NCBI GenBank assembly: GCA_053919585.1 | Contig: CM132805.1 | Source of the DNA: Euprymna scolopes | Taxonomy: Eukaryota | Reading direction: 5' to 3' (one strand) | Length of the DNA stretch: 64,000 nt | Shown here: positions 52,190-64,000 of the stretch, one piece after another | Numbering within the stretch: position 1 is the stretch's first letter | Layout of the letters: the number at the start of each line of letters is the position of its first letter | Notes under the pieces: model-generated | Databases searched by the model: none | What the model was told of the DNA's origin: nothing | Seen by the model: only the letters and a program-made list of their open reading frames with translations | Made by a program: the position numbers and the translations under genes

Positions 52190-52730
52190 TTTTTTTATTA
52201 CACAGTTTACAGCATGAAACTTTGTTCTGGCTTAATTTAAAAGATAGTGTCTCTTAAGTAGCCTCCATTCTCGGCTTTGAAAAGTTGAGCTCTTTCTAAG
52301 CTATTCTTTATGACAGTTCATAACATCGGAAGTTTAATTGAAAGAATTTTCTGCGTATGTTTGCCTTAAGTTCTTGGACGCTTCGAGGCTTATTTGTATA
52401 CACTTTGTCTTTAAGATATCCCCAAAGCCAAAAGTCTAGTTCTGTCAAATTCGATGAATGTGGAGGCCATTAAAAATCGAAATTTCAAGAGATTTTTCGA
52501 TCCTAAAACATCACAGTTAACAACAGCATTGTTGCTCTAGCTGAATGTGCAGTTGCTTCATTTTTGTTGCCAACAATACCCTGGCATATTTACTTAATGT
52601 GGTTGAACAAATTCAGTAGCATATATTTTAAGAGGATATTGAACATTGAAATGGCGCATATAAGGTCTTTGCATTGCAACAATTGATCGTCCATTTTGTA
52701 AGCGAAATTCAATTATCCACACTCGTTGTT
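52190..52730 (-). pseudogene. Tc1-like transposase relic
   Basis: The minus strand encodes WPPHSSNLTELDF (WPPRSPDLTPLDF-like) and ..ATAH (QQDGATAH-like). Confidence 0.7.
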
Positions 52731-53508
52731 CTGTTGTAAACTCATCTATACCAAAAGTTTCCAAAGATTCTATTTTAAAATCCGAAAAGAGAAATTCAAA
52801 TATATTAATAGAAAAAAAGTTATTGAATTTTTAAAATGTAAAGTGNNNNNNNNNNNNNNNNNNNNNNNNNNNNNNNNNNNNNNNNNNNNNNNNNNNNNNN
52901 NNNNNNNNNNNNNNNNNNNNNNNNNNNNNNNNNNNNNNNNNNNNNNNNNNNNNNNNNNNNNNNNNNNNNNNNNNNNNNNNNNNNNNNNNNNNNNNNNNNN
53001 NNNNNNNNNNNNNNNNNNNNNNNNNNNNNNNNNNNNNNNNNNNNNNNNNNNNNNNNNNNNNNNNNNNNNNNNNNNNNNNNNNNNNNNNNNNNNNNNNNNN
53101 NNNNNNNNNNNNNNNNNNNGTTGTCCGGGTGTTTGAAGGTCTATGCTCAGCAAATAAAAGAACAAAAAAATGGTCAATTTTTTTAAACTTTGATCCCTAT
53201 TATGAGCTCTTTACATTTATTGTGTTGGGCGCAAATAAAGTTATTAATTTAGATCCGTGTTCAAGGAACCTATATCTAATATTTAAAGTGTTTAGACCCA
53301 GAACTGCTGGAGGAGTTTTGTAGAGTTCTCAATGGTCAAATCGTTGAACTTTGACCCCTTAACAGCCAAATATCTGGCTGAAAACGGAGCACCTAGATTT
53401 TCCCCAATCTCAGTAACCTGTATTTCAAATTTCGAGTCTGTAGACTAAAAATTGACAGAGTTATTGCGTAGGGAAATGTACACAGATACACACACACACA
53501 TACTTTCA

Positions 53509-53555
<47 letters not shown>

Positions 53556-55181
53556 AAAGAAATTAAAACTGTGAGAAAAAAGTTAAGATTAAAAATGTAT
53601 TATTCGACAGAATACTCCAAAAACAAATTTACAAGTCTTTATTCCGCGGAGTTTTAAAGAATGCTATTCTTGCTATTCTTCTCATCCGATGACAAAAAGA
53701 AATTAGCATTGGTTGAAACTCTGCGGAATTATGACGTTGAAATTTGTTCTTTGGAATCTTCAGTAGACTATAAAGTTTTAATTGTAAATTTTAACGTATA
53801 GTTTTGATATCTTTTCTCTATAATAAACTCTACTACCTGAGTTATATACAAATACTGGTATTTATATTAGATCGCAATTTACCTTTACTGTTATCAGGTA
53901 AACACTACATNNNNNNNNNNNNNNNNNNNNNNNNNNNNNNNNNNNNNNNNNNNNNNNNNNNNNNNNNNNNNNNNNNNNNNNNNNNNNNNNNNNNNNNNNN
54001 NNNNNNNNNNNNNNNNNNNNNNNNNNNNNNNNNNNNNNNNNNNNNNNNNNNNNNNAATTGTAATAGAGCGTATTTGAGGGCGTGGGAAAATATCATCAGC
54101 ATCGAAGGATATATGGCAAGCGATGGTATCAGTAGCAGGAGCAGCGTTTACACACGTAGTCAAATGAGGGAGTTTGTGCAAGATGGCGCAAAAAAGGAAC
54201 CACGTGGTCCGAGAAGAAGAAAAAACGACGCTAAAGTAGACAAACGTAAAACGTGAAGGCGAGACTGGGTCGGCTGTGGCCGGCATACGGTCGAAAGAAT
54301 AAGAAACGTGAGCCAGGTCTGATGGAGATATGACAGCGAGATACTTTTTAAGTGGTGTCGAAACATGAGAAAGAAAAATAGTAAAATACGATTTTTGTTA
54401 AAAAAAATTCGCCAAGCTGGATTTTATTTATTTTTTTAAAATTTATATCAGAAACGTCAGAGAATGAGGATCAACGCGTGTTTCACGCTTCTAATGTATT
54501 TAATGTTATCGAAATAAGGGAAATCACCCGTTAGTCAGTCAAACCGATTGATAGTCTGCTGTTTTCAGGGACCAATCGATGTGCACCGGGAGAAAACTCA
54601 TATACATTTCGGCAGTGATTAGTCCACGATACATTGTAGTTTACATTGCACTGTAGAGAAGTTACTGACACTTTTATAAAATTATTTCTTTATTTGCAGG
54701 AATTAAAGTTGAGTGCAAAAGTCTATTATCATGTTTCAATTGTGCTCTAAATAGAAACATTCATTTCGAACTCGCCCTTTTTTAACCTAAGAACCTGCTG
54801 TTGATTATATATGCTGGGCTCACCTGCTTGTGCGATAATAAAATTTCTCAAATGCGCTTGTAAAGTTAAACTCTATAAAAAGTGTTTAACTTGGTTAAGA
54901 TCGGATTGTTTATACTTCAATGGAATTGTATTGATTATCGATACTCGATACAAAACCTATCAACGAAATATCCTAGAGTTATAAAGTACATTTGAGTGAA
55001 ATTTCCAAAAAATCGACTTAACTGTTTTTAAGTCCATAGGGAACGAAATTATATACACAAAGTGCCTTATAATGAATACTGCTGCGCTGCAAAACAATTA
55101 CTGTCAAGAATTGTAAATGTCAACGTAAAAGAATAGATTGTAAGATTTTCAATATCATGAAATTTGGAATACAGACTTGTT

Positions 55182-55244
<63 letters not shown>

Positions 55245-55247
<3 letters not shown>

Positions 55248-55456
55248 AGTTATAAAATGTCTATGGCGATTAAGCTACACTAAATATTCCGCGTTTCATG
55301 AAACGCGGAATATTCAGTGTAGCTTAATCGCCATATACATTTTATAACTTACAAAGTAGCTCCACCTACGTATTGAACACTTTTGAAGTAAATACTTAAA
55401 GTTTACGCATAAATCTATACTTTCGTATATTAATTTTATGTGAATAAGTTAAGTAG

Positions 55457-55460
<4 letters not shown>
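55245..55460. mobile_element. Penelope-like repeat with a spacerless 108-bp palindrome (55245-55352)
   Basis: Centre tttca|tgaaa at 55298/55299. Homologous to 13478-13640 and flanked by (TA)n on both sides. Confidence 0.8.
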
Positions 55461-55503
<43 letters not shown>

Positions 55504-55691
55504 TTTGACAATGATTTCCTTACAGTTTTGGACTTTTAAATACAGATGAACATATCTCGGCTAAAACAAAAAGTTACTGATTAAAATAAGCACCACCAGA
55601 ATCAACACACTTTTACTAAGTCAAAACAAGTGTATTTATGCCAGTGAAGGAAACAATATTGCGTTCTGGTGGCGATGATAATAATTAAATA

Positions 55692-55737
55692 CCTACAGAC
55701 ACTAGTGTTTCATCCTTTCGGGATTCTTCAGTGCAGG
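55692..55737 (-). ncRNA. Intact minimal type I hammerhead ribozyme
   Basis: Minus strand: CCTGCA-CTGAAGA-ATCC-cgaaa-GGAT-GAAA-CAC-ta-GTG-TC-TGTAGG. All three stems pair, the triplet is GUC and stem III is palindromic. Confidence 0.9.
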
Positions 55738-55751
55738 GTGTCACGATTACT

Positions 55752-55835
55752 ACCAGTCGAACGATCCGAACCCCGCGACACGAGACATCTCTGGCTCGAA
55801 TAGCGGATGCCGTATCCATTCGGCTACCATTAACC
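55752..55835 (-). promoter_or_regulatory. tRNA-like Pol III A/B boxes directly upstream of the hammerhead
   Basis: Minus strand TAGCCGAATGG ... GGTTCGGATC. Confidence 0.6.
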
Positions 55836-58799
55836 GTGTGAAAATAGCGTTGAATTTTAAACATTTTAATTTAAATGTTCATTACGTCAGACAGACAGTG
55901 ATCAAATCGTTATACGATGATCTACGCATAAGAGCTAAATTGACCGACTTTTAATTCAACTGAAAGTGCTCAACGATAAGAAACGAATTTTTTAAAGGTG
56001 CTGCCATAAATTTATATATATTTACACGTTTGTAAACATTGATTGCTATGACAAATAACACTCTACTTCAGAGACCATCTTTCAAGCTCAAAACATATTC
56101 CCCACAAACATGAATAACAACTAAGACATTAAAGACATTACCAAGTTTCCAAGGCTGCTATAAAGGCGTACTCCCTCTATCCTGCTAGAAAAGTACCTTT
56201 GCCCCATCACCGCAATATCGCATCCCTGAACTTGTTTTACAATTACTTGAATTGAATTTGCTCTGTTGAACTTGTAGACTCTAACGTAATCCCCCATTGA
56301 GGAGTGTTAGAACTACGCTGAAGTAGCTTTGTATTCCCGGGTGAAGCTAGATAATCCAAGGATTAAAGATAGAGGAGATAAATATAGATATATTTTAATT
56401 CACTGTCAAAATGGATGTATTTGTTTTTTGCTTTTTGGTTTGGAAGACCTGAGATATTTTGTTATTTGGGAAAAACTCAACAACAGGAAATGCGAGGATG
56501 TAAGACCAACATATTGTACGGGCGTTGTGATGGTTGATGACCTTGAGGTTATGTGATTTTTAGTCTTGAATGGGGTCTCAGATCGTTGGGGCTAAGTGTG
56601 ATTTGATGTGCTGGGGAGACTTCCACCCCACCCACATCGAGTCGATGCGCTCTAAAATTAAACAGATTGCTTGTTGAATTCGGGGAGAACAGGTCGTATA
56701 AACCCGCCGTTCCCTGGGGAGAGGACCCCTCCCCACCTCATCTATCCGTCTGTCGCTGTCTGTGAAGAGAGTTGAGACTTTGAAAAGAACTTACAAAATC
56801 TGAATGAGAATTGAAAAAACATTTTGTACATACTTTTGCGAAAAGACCTTGTGCTTCATCCAAACACATACTCCTGACTAATCCGACAAGAAACAAAATC
56901 CAACCCCATTCACTATTGAGGGCCTTAGACACCAGGAAGTATTCTACTCTAATAGTTTCTTTTCCTTAGACTGCTAGACTTCGGAATTACCTCCTTGTTT
57001 CTTGTACCCCTGTCTGTACTAATCTGCTGAAGTTTAAATGTAAAGTGAACAAATATCATACTCTATACCCTGTTATACATCATCCAAAATAGTAGCCATT
57101 TGCATTTTAGGTGGCAATATGCCTTGTTTAGAATGAAAAGATGAAACAATCAAACAAAATAGGCCGTATTTCTAAATATATAAAGTTTGCCAAACTCTAA
57201 AATAAGGAATGGTGAAAACCAAACTTGGCCGAAACGAGATATTCTGAAGCAAATATATTAGAAAAAAAAAAAAACAATAACAGGAATGCCGATTTGCTGA
57301 AAATATGAAAGAACAGTTGCAGGGAAGTGAAGAAGGAAGAGAAAAGGAAATTAATGAAGAAATACCCCAAGACTGAGATCACCGGCAAACTGGAAAGCAC
57401 CTGGTCACGACGGAAGACGTGAATTATGGCTAAAGATATCTGCATCTTTACATAAAAGCTGACGAGTTTTCTGCAGGAATCACCTATAACGGAGTATATG
57501 AAGAGATAGAAAGGATTAATTTTAAAGGACAAAAATAAAATAAAACCCCAAACAAATAGAATTCAATAACTTTTCTACTAACCATGTTGATGATCTTAAT
57601 GTCACATTTAGCCATAGAGCACTACCCCTCCAGTAATATCTGCATGACCACGTGTTACTCCGACCGACAACATCGCCGACCCCAGTGTTGTTTCTATCAT
57701 ATTCTTCTCTTGCGTCTTTTTTTCTGGTTTTGCCCGCGCATTTCCCACGCATTGTCGAATGCCGAGAAGTGAGCTGGTTCACAGATGCATAAAAAAACAA
57801 AAGACAAACTTCAACACACGCTTCAACCGACCATAATTTTAGTAAAACATTTTTTTTAAATAATAAGTGATACAATGTGCTCGCCTGCTTGACAACAAAC
57901 ACTGTTTCCATGGCCTTCTTCAATTTCCTCTTCTCTTCTGGCTGTGTTGTCGTCTATCATATTGGCGAGTTTGCCGAGAGATAGGTAGTGGTTCGCCGGT
58001 ATAAAATAAAATAAACAAAAACACAAAAAAAATTCTAGTACATTCTGAAATATAAGTTGCATTCGGAGTGTGTGACACCATAGATTGTCCGAACGTTAAT
58101 GCCCCCCCACCAAGATCTACTTTCGAGGCTGAGTTTGTAAGTCGGTTGATCAATTTTTGCTCATTATCCTTGAGCTACAGCATGCCTTTGACTGAATCAA
58201 ACTCGCAACTCTCCTCAGCTATAACTTATATAAATCGACATTAACACAACACTGTCTGCAAACCGTACTCAACTGCCAACTGTTGCAAAACTCATTGACA
58301 ACTAAATCTTAAATATACTTGATCAACAATCCCATCTAAGTATATTTTGTGTTCCTTTGTGAATTACTTCTTATCTGTAGTTTTTCCACCAACCATATTT
58401 CCCATATCTTTGTTTTATCCGGTAAAAGTTTTTCTTCTTTTTTTTATCATATTTCTTTTACTTTTTCTCTCTGCTGATAACATTACAACGCCACGAGGAA
58501 TAGAAACGATGACATTGTGGATAAATGTACATCTACTAAACATCGGACAATAAAATCAAATAAGAACCACGGCTGGTAACTATTGGATATTGTGTGAACA
58601 ATGTAATATGAACACAAAATTATGCAAATTATAGCGAAAATGAATAGTGCAGCCAAAAAAGATGCTATGTTATAAATAAAAAGAGTAATCATTCAGGAAA
58701 CAAATAGTGAAAAAAGCATAATAGGATGAAATATATTTTCTGACTGTGGATATGTTTACTGACGGTACAACTCTTTATAATAGACATGGGAGGCAACGA

Positions 58800-59120
58800 A
58801 TGTACGCATATCCAAGACAAATGCAGATACTTTAGAAAACGATATTCAGTTTGTAGTGGAATGTGGATAATGATTGTTAAGATCTAATGCTACTAAGACA
58901 AACTTTCTTTTCTTTTAACAACTACAAAAGCATCTAACCACCCGTTTCTAGGGCAAATGACACCCTACTTGAGCGTTTATTTTTCAAACTCCTCGGCATA
59001 ACACTCACAGGCAACATAACTTGGAACAAATACATTGAGGATATTCCCAAGGCTGCTAATGGTCTTTATCTATCGTGTAAAGTAAAAATTCGTACCCACT
59101 AGATATTGAAATCCTATGAA
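58800..59120 (+). mobile_element. Old LINE RT C-terminal fragment
   Basis: NATKT and KLLGITLTGNITWNKYIE motifs. Confidence 0.65.
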
Positions 59121-61318
59121 GCTTTCTGTGTTGGTTGGTGTATATATTCAACGGGTTAGAAAACCAATCATGTCATTATATGCTTTATAATTGGTATTTT
59201 CAAAATGATCTGTTAATTAATTGATGAGATTAAAAGTTTTGTATCAGTGCATCCCTCAACTGTAAAAATTGGATAAAAATAAAATTGAAAAGAGCTGAAC
59301 ACGCGAGTAGAACAATTAAAACGAGCGAATTTATAATAGATAAATAATTATAAATAAATTATAGGATTACAAAGTATAGAATGTAGTTAGAACATCTTAT
59401 TTTCATAATATTCGTGTAAATCTAGAAATTATAACTATTATAAGTAAATGTACAGATGTTAAAAGAGAAAGTTTAAAGAAATTCGTAAAGTTGATTGCAT
59501 ACTTATGGATAAACCAAGTGATTAGTGGAGTAATAAATCAAGAAATTAATGGCGGAATTAAGTGTTAATTTCTCAGAAAGTAAGCTTATAGATGTTTTGC
59601 AAAATATGGGAGTTGTTTTAATTTGGTGATTAGTAGAAGCTACGTGATTTTAAATGTTCTGTAATTTTATTTTTTCTTATGTTTGCATTGGAAAATTAGT
59701 TCCCTTTTCACATTGATCATACTTTTCTTTATGAGAATGTTATTATCCTCACAGATCCCCTTTGTGCATTTTTAGGCCGTTAGAATAATACATAAATAGA
59801 AACAAATGCATGAATACATATTAAACACCAAATAGTAATCAAATAAATAATAAAAGATTTCCAAAATGCACAAAATATTTTTTAAAAATACATTAGATGC
59901 AGTTCAATGTGCTGTCGGTGATTCACCAGTCACTTGACATCACTAAAAGAAAATTTCGGTCAACATCAGTATCTCGCTTAATGTAAACAGAATTTGTTTA
60001 CAATATTGGTATCTTAGCAATGTTACACAAATTTTAAATGAATAAAATTTAATCACGTGCTTATTGAAAATATAATAATGTGATTAAAATTTAATTTTAT
60101 TTAACCACGTGTGGTCGCTTTTCAATTAATTATTCATCGAAAATGAATATAGCAGGAAATCGACAATTGTAGATCATATTTTTTACTATTCAAGAAATTA
60201 AATATTCAAATAGAACTTGATGTATATTTGTCCATTGACTAATAAGATATCTATTTCAGTCAATTAAATTATTTAGAGTAAAATACCTTTAGAAATGTAT
60301 ATCTAAGCATAAATATTATTTTTACTTAAAAAATAACATTAATACACTAATTTATGACAATTTTCATCGTGAAACCACCACAAACTTCTATATCTACTTA
60401 GTTTATATTAGAAATTCTTCCAAACATAGAAGCAATAATTTGGTTTTGTGTTTTCCTTGAGTGTGTCCAATAAGGGGGATCGATTTACTAGGACTTTGCA
60501 TTAGAATGTGAGCACCCCTTAACAATTCTTAATTATTGATTTTTTTTGTATTTCGGTTAAATTCGTTAATGTGCACTCGCTGATAATCTGCTAAAAGAAT
60601 TTTTTAAAAGTCAAAATAAAAAAGAATGGTACTCTTGCAGAATTTGACCCGAATCCTCGTGATTTTCTGTTAATTATGGTTAGGGCTCGACCAGCAATCA
60701 TCGGACCAATCCAAGCGTTGTTCAAATGTGTAAACACTAAATAGACATATGTTTTTTTTGTTGTTGTTGTTTTTTTGCTTAAACATCTTTTTTTTATTAT
60801 TTCTGGGTGATGTAGGTATTTTTCTGTTTACTTTTTTAACATCGATTAACAAAAATAATTAGTATATTGTCTTGAAATTTCTTTTGTACTTTCAACTACG
60901 AATTAACGGTTTGCATAAAAGCATTCATCTTTTCTGATCGGAAATTCTATTTTCAAAAGCATTTATTGTAAATTTTCTTTATAAAAACAAAATAATGTAA
61001 GTTTTCTTGAAAAAACCTTTCATCTAACAATTTAAGGTAAAAAAAAAATATTTTCATCGAAAGAAAAACCACTTTTGTTGTTAAAACAATTGCAAAAAAT
61101 AATAAAAGTAAATAAACAATACAAAATGCAACTTTTCTTGAGGAAAAATATATTTACAGTAAATCTACAGTAGATTTTTGTAATTTTTTATTTATTGTAT
61201 TTCTATTTTTTTCCGGCTTGTGTGTTTTGAAATTCCTCTGCGTCTGTCATTTTGGTCGGCTTTATCCGGTGATTGTCGGTCGAGCCCGAATCATATTTGA
61301 CGAATAAACTCATGGATC

Positions 61319-61414
61319 TCAATCAAATTCTGTAAGAGTACAAAGAATATATACGGGCTGTTCATTGTACAGGTCGGCGATATGCTTCCTCATTATTGTA
61401 GTGAAATCGGCCAG
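61319..61414 (-). CDS. Candidate terminal coding exon of an unidentified host gene
   Basis: A tttttcAG acceptor is followed by LADFTTIMRKHIADLYNEQPVYILCTLTEFD*. The sequence is non-repetitive, with AT-rich UTR-like sequence downstream. No homolog was recognised. Confidence 0.25.
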   Translation of the reverse strand: MADFTTIMRKHIADLYNEQPVYILCTLTEFD

Positions 61415-61554
61415 CTGAAAAATTGATATTTAATTTAAAATAACATCATAGCTCTACATTTTTTGTCAATTATGACAATAAGAAATGTTATCTACCTAAT
61501 TGTCATGTCACAATTATTTAAGTCTTTCAGGATTCAATGAAAAAATGATTTCGG

Positions 61555-64000
61555 TTTTTTTTTACATGGAAGTCACCACTTATCAAGGCCCGAAGACCCG
61601 AAGGCCACTCAGGGATAAAGGTTTATTACGTGTACAGTAAGCAATCATTAGTATTAGGTTTTTTGATACAGTGTCTTACTTAAAGGGGCGGTTTGTCAGG
61701 AGTTTGTTTATGTTGGACTTGACGACATCCAAGTTGTAGTAAGGTAGGAAACAGGCAAGCGGCAAAGAGTTCCACTGGCGTGCAGTTCTAAGAAAGAAGC
61801 TTTGCTCATGGAATCTACGTTTGGATTTAGGCACAGGTAAAGAGTGGGGAAAATTATTGACAGTAGTTTCAGACAGACGGGGGTTTCTCGTGAATGATTG
61901 GCGAGGGGGGACGAAGGATTGCAGCTCAGACGAGCACCTGCCATGGAAATAACGATAAACAAAGACAGGCTCGCAACGTCTCTTCTGTGGGAGAGAGGTT
62001 GCAGGGAAGAGAAAAGGGCATCCCCCACTAAACCACGAAGTCTATTTTGTACTCTGTCAAGTCAGGATACACTGTTTTTAGCAGCTCCTGCCCAGATGTA
62101 GCAGCAGTACTCCACCCTTGGACGTACTTGGCTTTTATACAGATAGTGAATTGCATTAGTAGTGAGATACCTTTTGGAGCGGTAGAAGGATCCCACCATT
62201 TTCCCAGCGTCCCTGGCAACAGATTTGATGTACGTGTTCCACTTCAGGTCAGGAGTAAAGGACAAACCCAGAAGCTTGTCAAAACATGGAGCCTTCCCAA
62301 GACGAGAACCATCCATTTCAATTGATGCCAGATGTGGATCATAGCGTTGATGATATAAAGATAGAAGCTTGGTTTTGGATGCATTAAAAGTGACCAGCCA
62401 TGTCTTCCCCATTGTGCCACTTGCTCAAGATCAGAGGAGAAAGAATCAGAGAGAACTTTCTCATTTAAAGCCTTTGATGTGTTGCCATAGCTGGTCGTGT
62501 CATCACCATAGATGTCAACAAATGATTTAAGTATGTGTTTTGGGAGATCATTGATGTAGATCAGGAAGAGAGTTTAGTCCAGAATGGACCCCTGGGGGAC
62601 TCCAGCATTAATCCTCTGGGTCTCTGATTTCTGCCCATCAACTCTTATGACCCTATCAGAGAGAAATGATTTAATGATTGAGAAAACATTTCCAGTAATG
62701 CCATAGCTGTAAATCTTGTGAAGTAAGCCCTTATGTCATACCTTATCGAAGGCCTTCGATATGTCGAGAGCAATTGCCCGGGAAAGGAAACCTTTGTCAA
62801 GAGATTCACTAATCCTATGTGATATAACCGTTAGCACACCTGCTGTAGATCTTGCAGAGCAGAAACCATATTGCATGTCACTAAGAAGGTTGTCTCTGTT
62901 GAGGTGGTTGACTACTTCTTTATTTAATATGGATTCCAACAACTTACTCATGACACACAGGGGACTTATTGGTCTGTACTGAGAGGGAGATGACTTTTCA
63001 CCTGAATTCTTAAATACAGGACATACTGATGAGGTTTTCCAGGGTGTTGGAAAGCACTTCTTTTTAAGGCAACGCTTAAACAGTTTTGTAAGTATGGGGG
63101 AAACTTCTGGTTGGAGCTTTTTCAGCAATATAACTGGAATGCCATCAGGGCCAGTTGCTTTACTAGAATCAAAGTTCTTGATTAACTTGGGGACCTCACG
63201 CACAGATATGTGTATGTTACCTAGCGTGTTGTCTGTTATAGGAGGAGATACAGGGAGTCGATGGTCATTGTCGCATAGGGTAGAATTAGCTGCAAAGTTC
63301 TTGGGAAATAGTCTGGCCTTGTCTGATGCTGACGAGATGACCTCAGGTCCATTGATGATAGTTGGGATAGAACGCACGCTTCTGTTCAAGATCCTGTTTG
63401 CTATTTGACAGAACTGGTGGGAACCAAGCCGCTGCTACTTTGGATTTAACAGACTGAGCATATAGCTCTCTTGCATTTTATAACTCTTTTACAATGGTTG
63501 CTGGCAGTCCTGAAAGCAGCTTTAGTCTCAGTACATCTATTACGTTGGTAGCTATGGAAAAAGCGATGTCTGTGTGCGATGGCAGCAGCACATTCAGGGG
63601 AGAACCATGGCTGGCTGTTAGGTTTTTGTTGTAATTTTTTGGATAGTATGAATCGGTATATCCTTACAATTAACACATCGGTCAGGTCTGATAATATAGA
63701 GGACACATCTTTTTTAAACGTGGAATGCAGAGGTAGGTCAGCCATAGAGTATAGATATATTGTACGGTGGAGAGGGACGTCTGAAGACTTATTACATTTC
63801 ATTTTTATCTTAACTGCTACAACAGAGTGGTCGGAGGATCCCAGAGGAGATAGAACGGAATATGAACACAGCTCTGGGGATGTTGTGAGGAAAAGGTCTA
63901 GAAGGCTTGCATATTGACCGGGTGTATCGGGCACACGGGTGGGTTCGTGAACAAACTGATTGGGTCATAGGCTCGGCAAAATCATGACAAAACCTCGTCA
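61555..64000 (-). mobile_element. CR1/L2-group LINE ORF2 (APE endonuclease end plus RT) and 3' UTR, frameshifted
   Basis: LLDLFLTT..LGSSDH, PWF, KATGPDGIP, YRPIS, QYGF, LDISKAFDKV, GVPQGSIL and IYGDD motifs. The A tail appears as T-run at 61555-61563. Confidence 0.96.

Noticed and set aside
56300-58300. Possible LINE 5' region or LTR-like relic
   Set aside because: No convincing protein motif, terminal repeat or TSD could be established by eye.

Overview
This is AT-rich animal nuclear DNA, probably from an invertebrate; a mollusc/cephalopod-like repeat landscape is my impression only. It has 10 N gaps and is almost entirely repeat-derived. Recognisable elements include a near full-length Ty3/Gypsy LTR retrotransposon (38352-43554, minus strand, 272-bp LTRs, ATAAT TSD) and five copies of one CR1/L2-group LINE. 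There are also several decayed Tc1/mariner elements, Penelope-like RT/GIY-YIG relics, non-autonomous Helitron-like elements, 5S-derived SINEs, minisatellites and many (TA)n tracts. No intact host gene is recognisable; there is one weak terminal-exon candidate. Most long ORFs in the track are artefacts of microsatellites or gaps. Two signals stand out. (1) A short retroposon family starts with the 5' part of U2 snRNA; two independent TSD-bounded copies are present (9028-9624 minus, 50450-50662 plus), and their 3' tail resembles that of a neighbouring 5S-headed SINE. (2) About a dozen type I hammerhead ribozyme motifs from several families occur here. Some lie directly downstream of tRNA-like Pol III A/B boxes and form ~270-300 bp tandem dimers next to (TA)n, like SM-alpha or retrozyme elements. 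All alignments and folds were done by eye.
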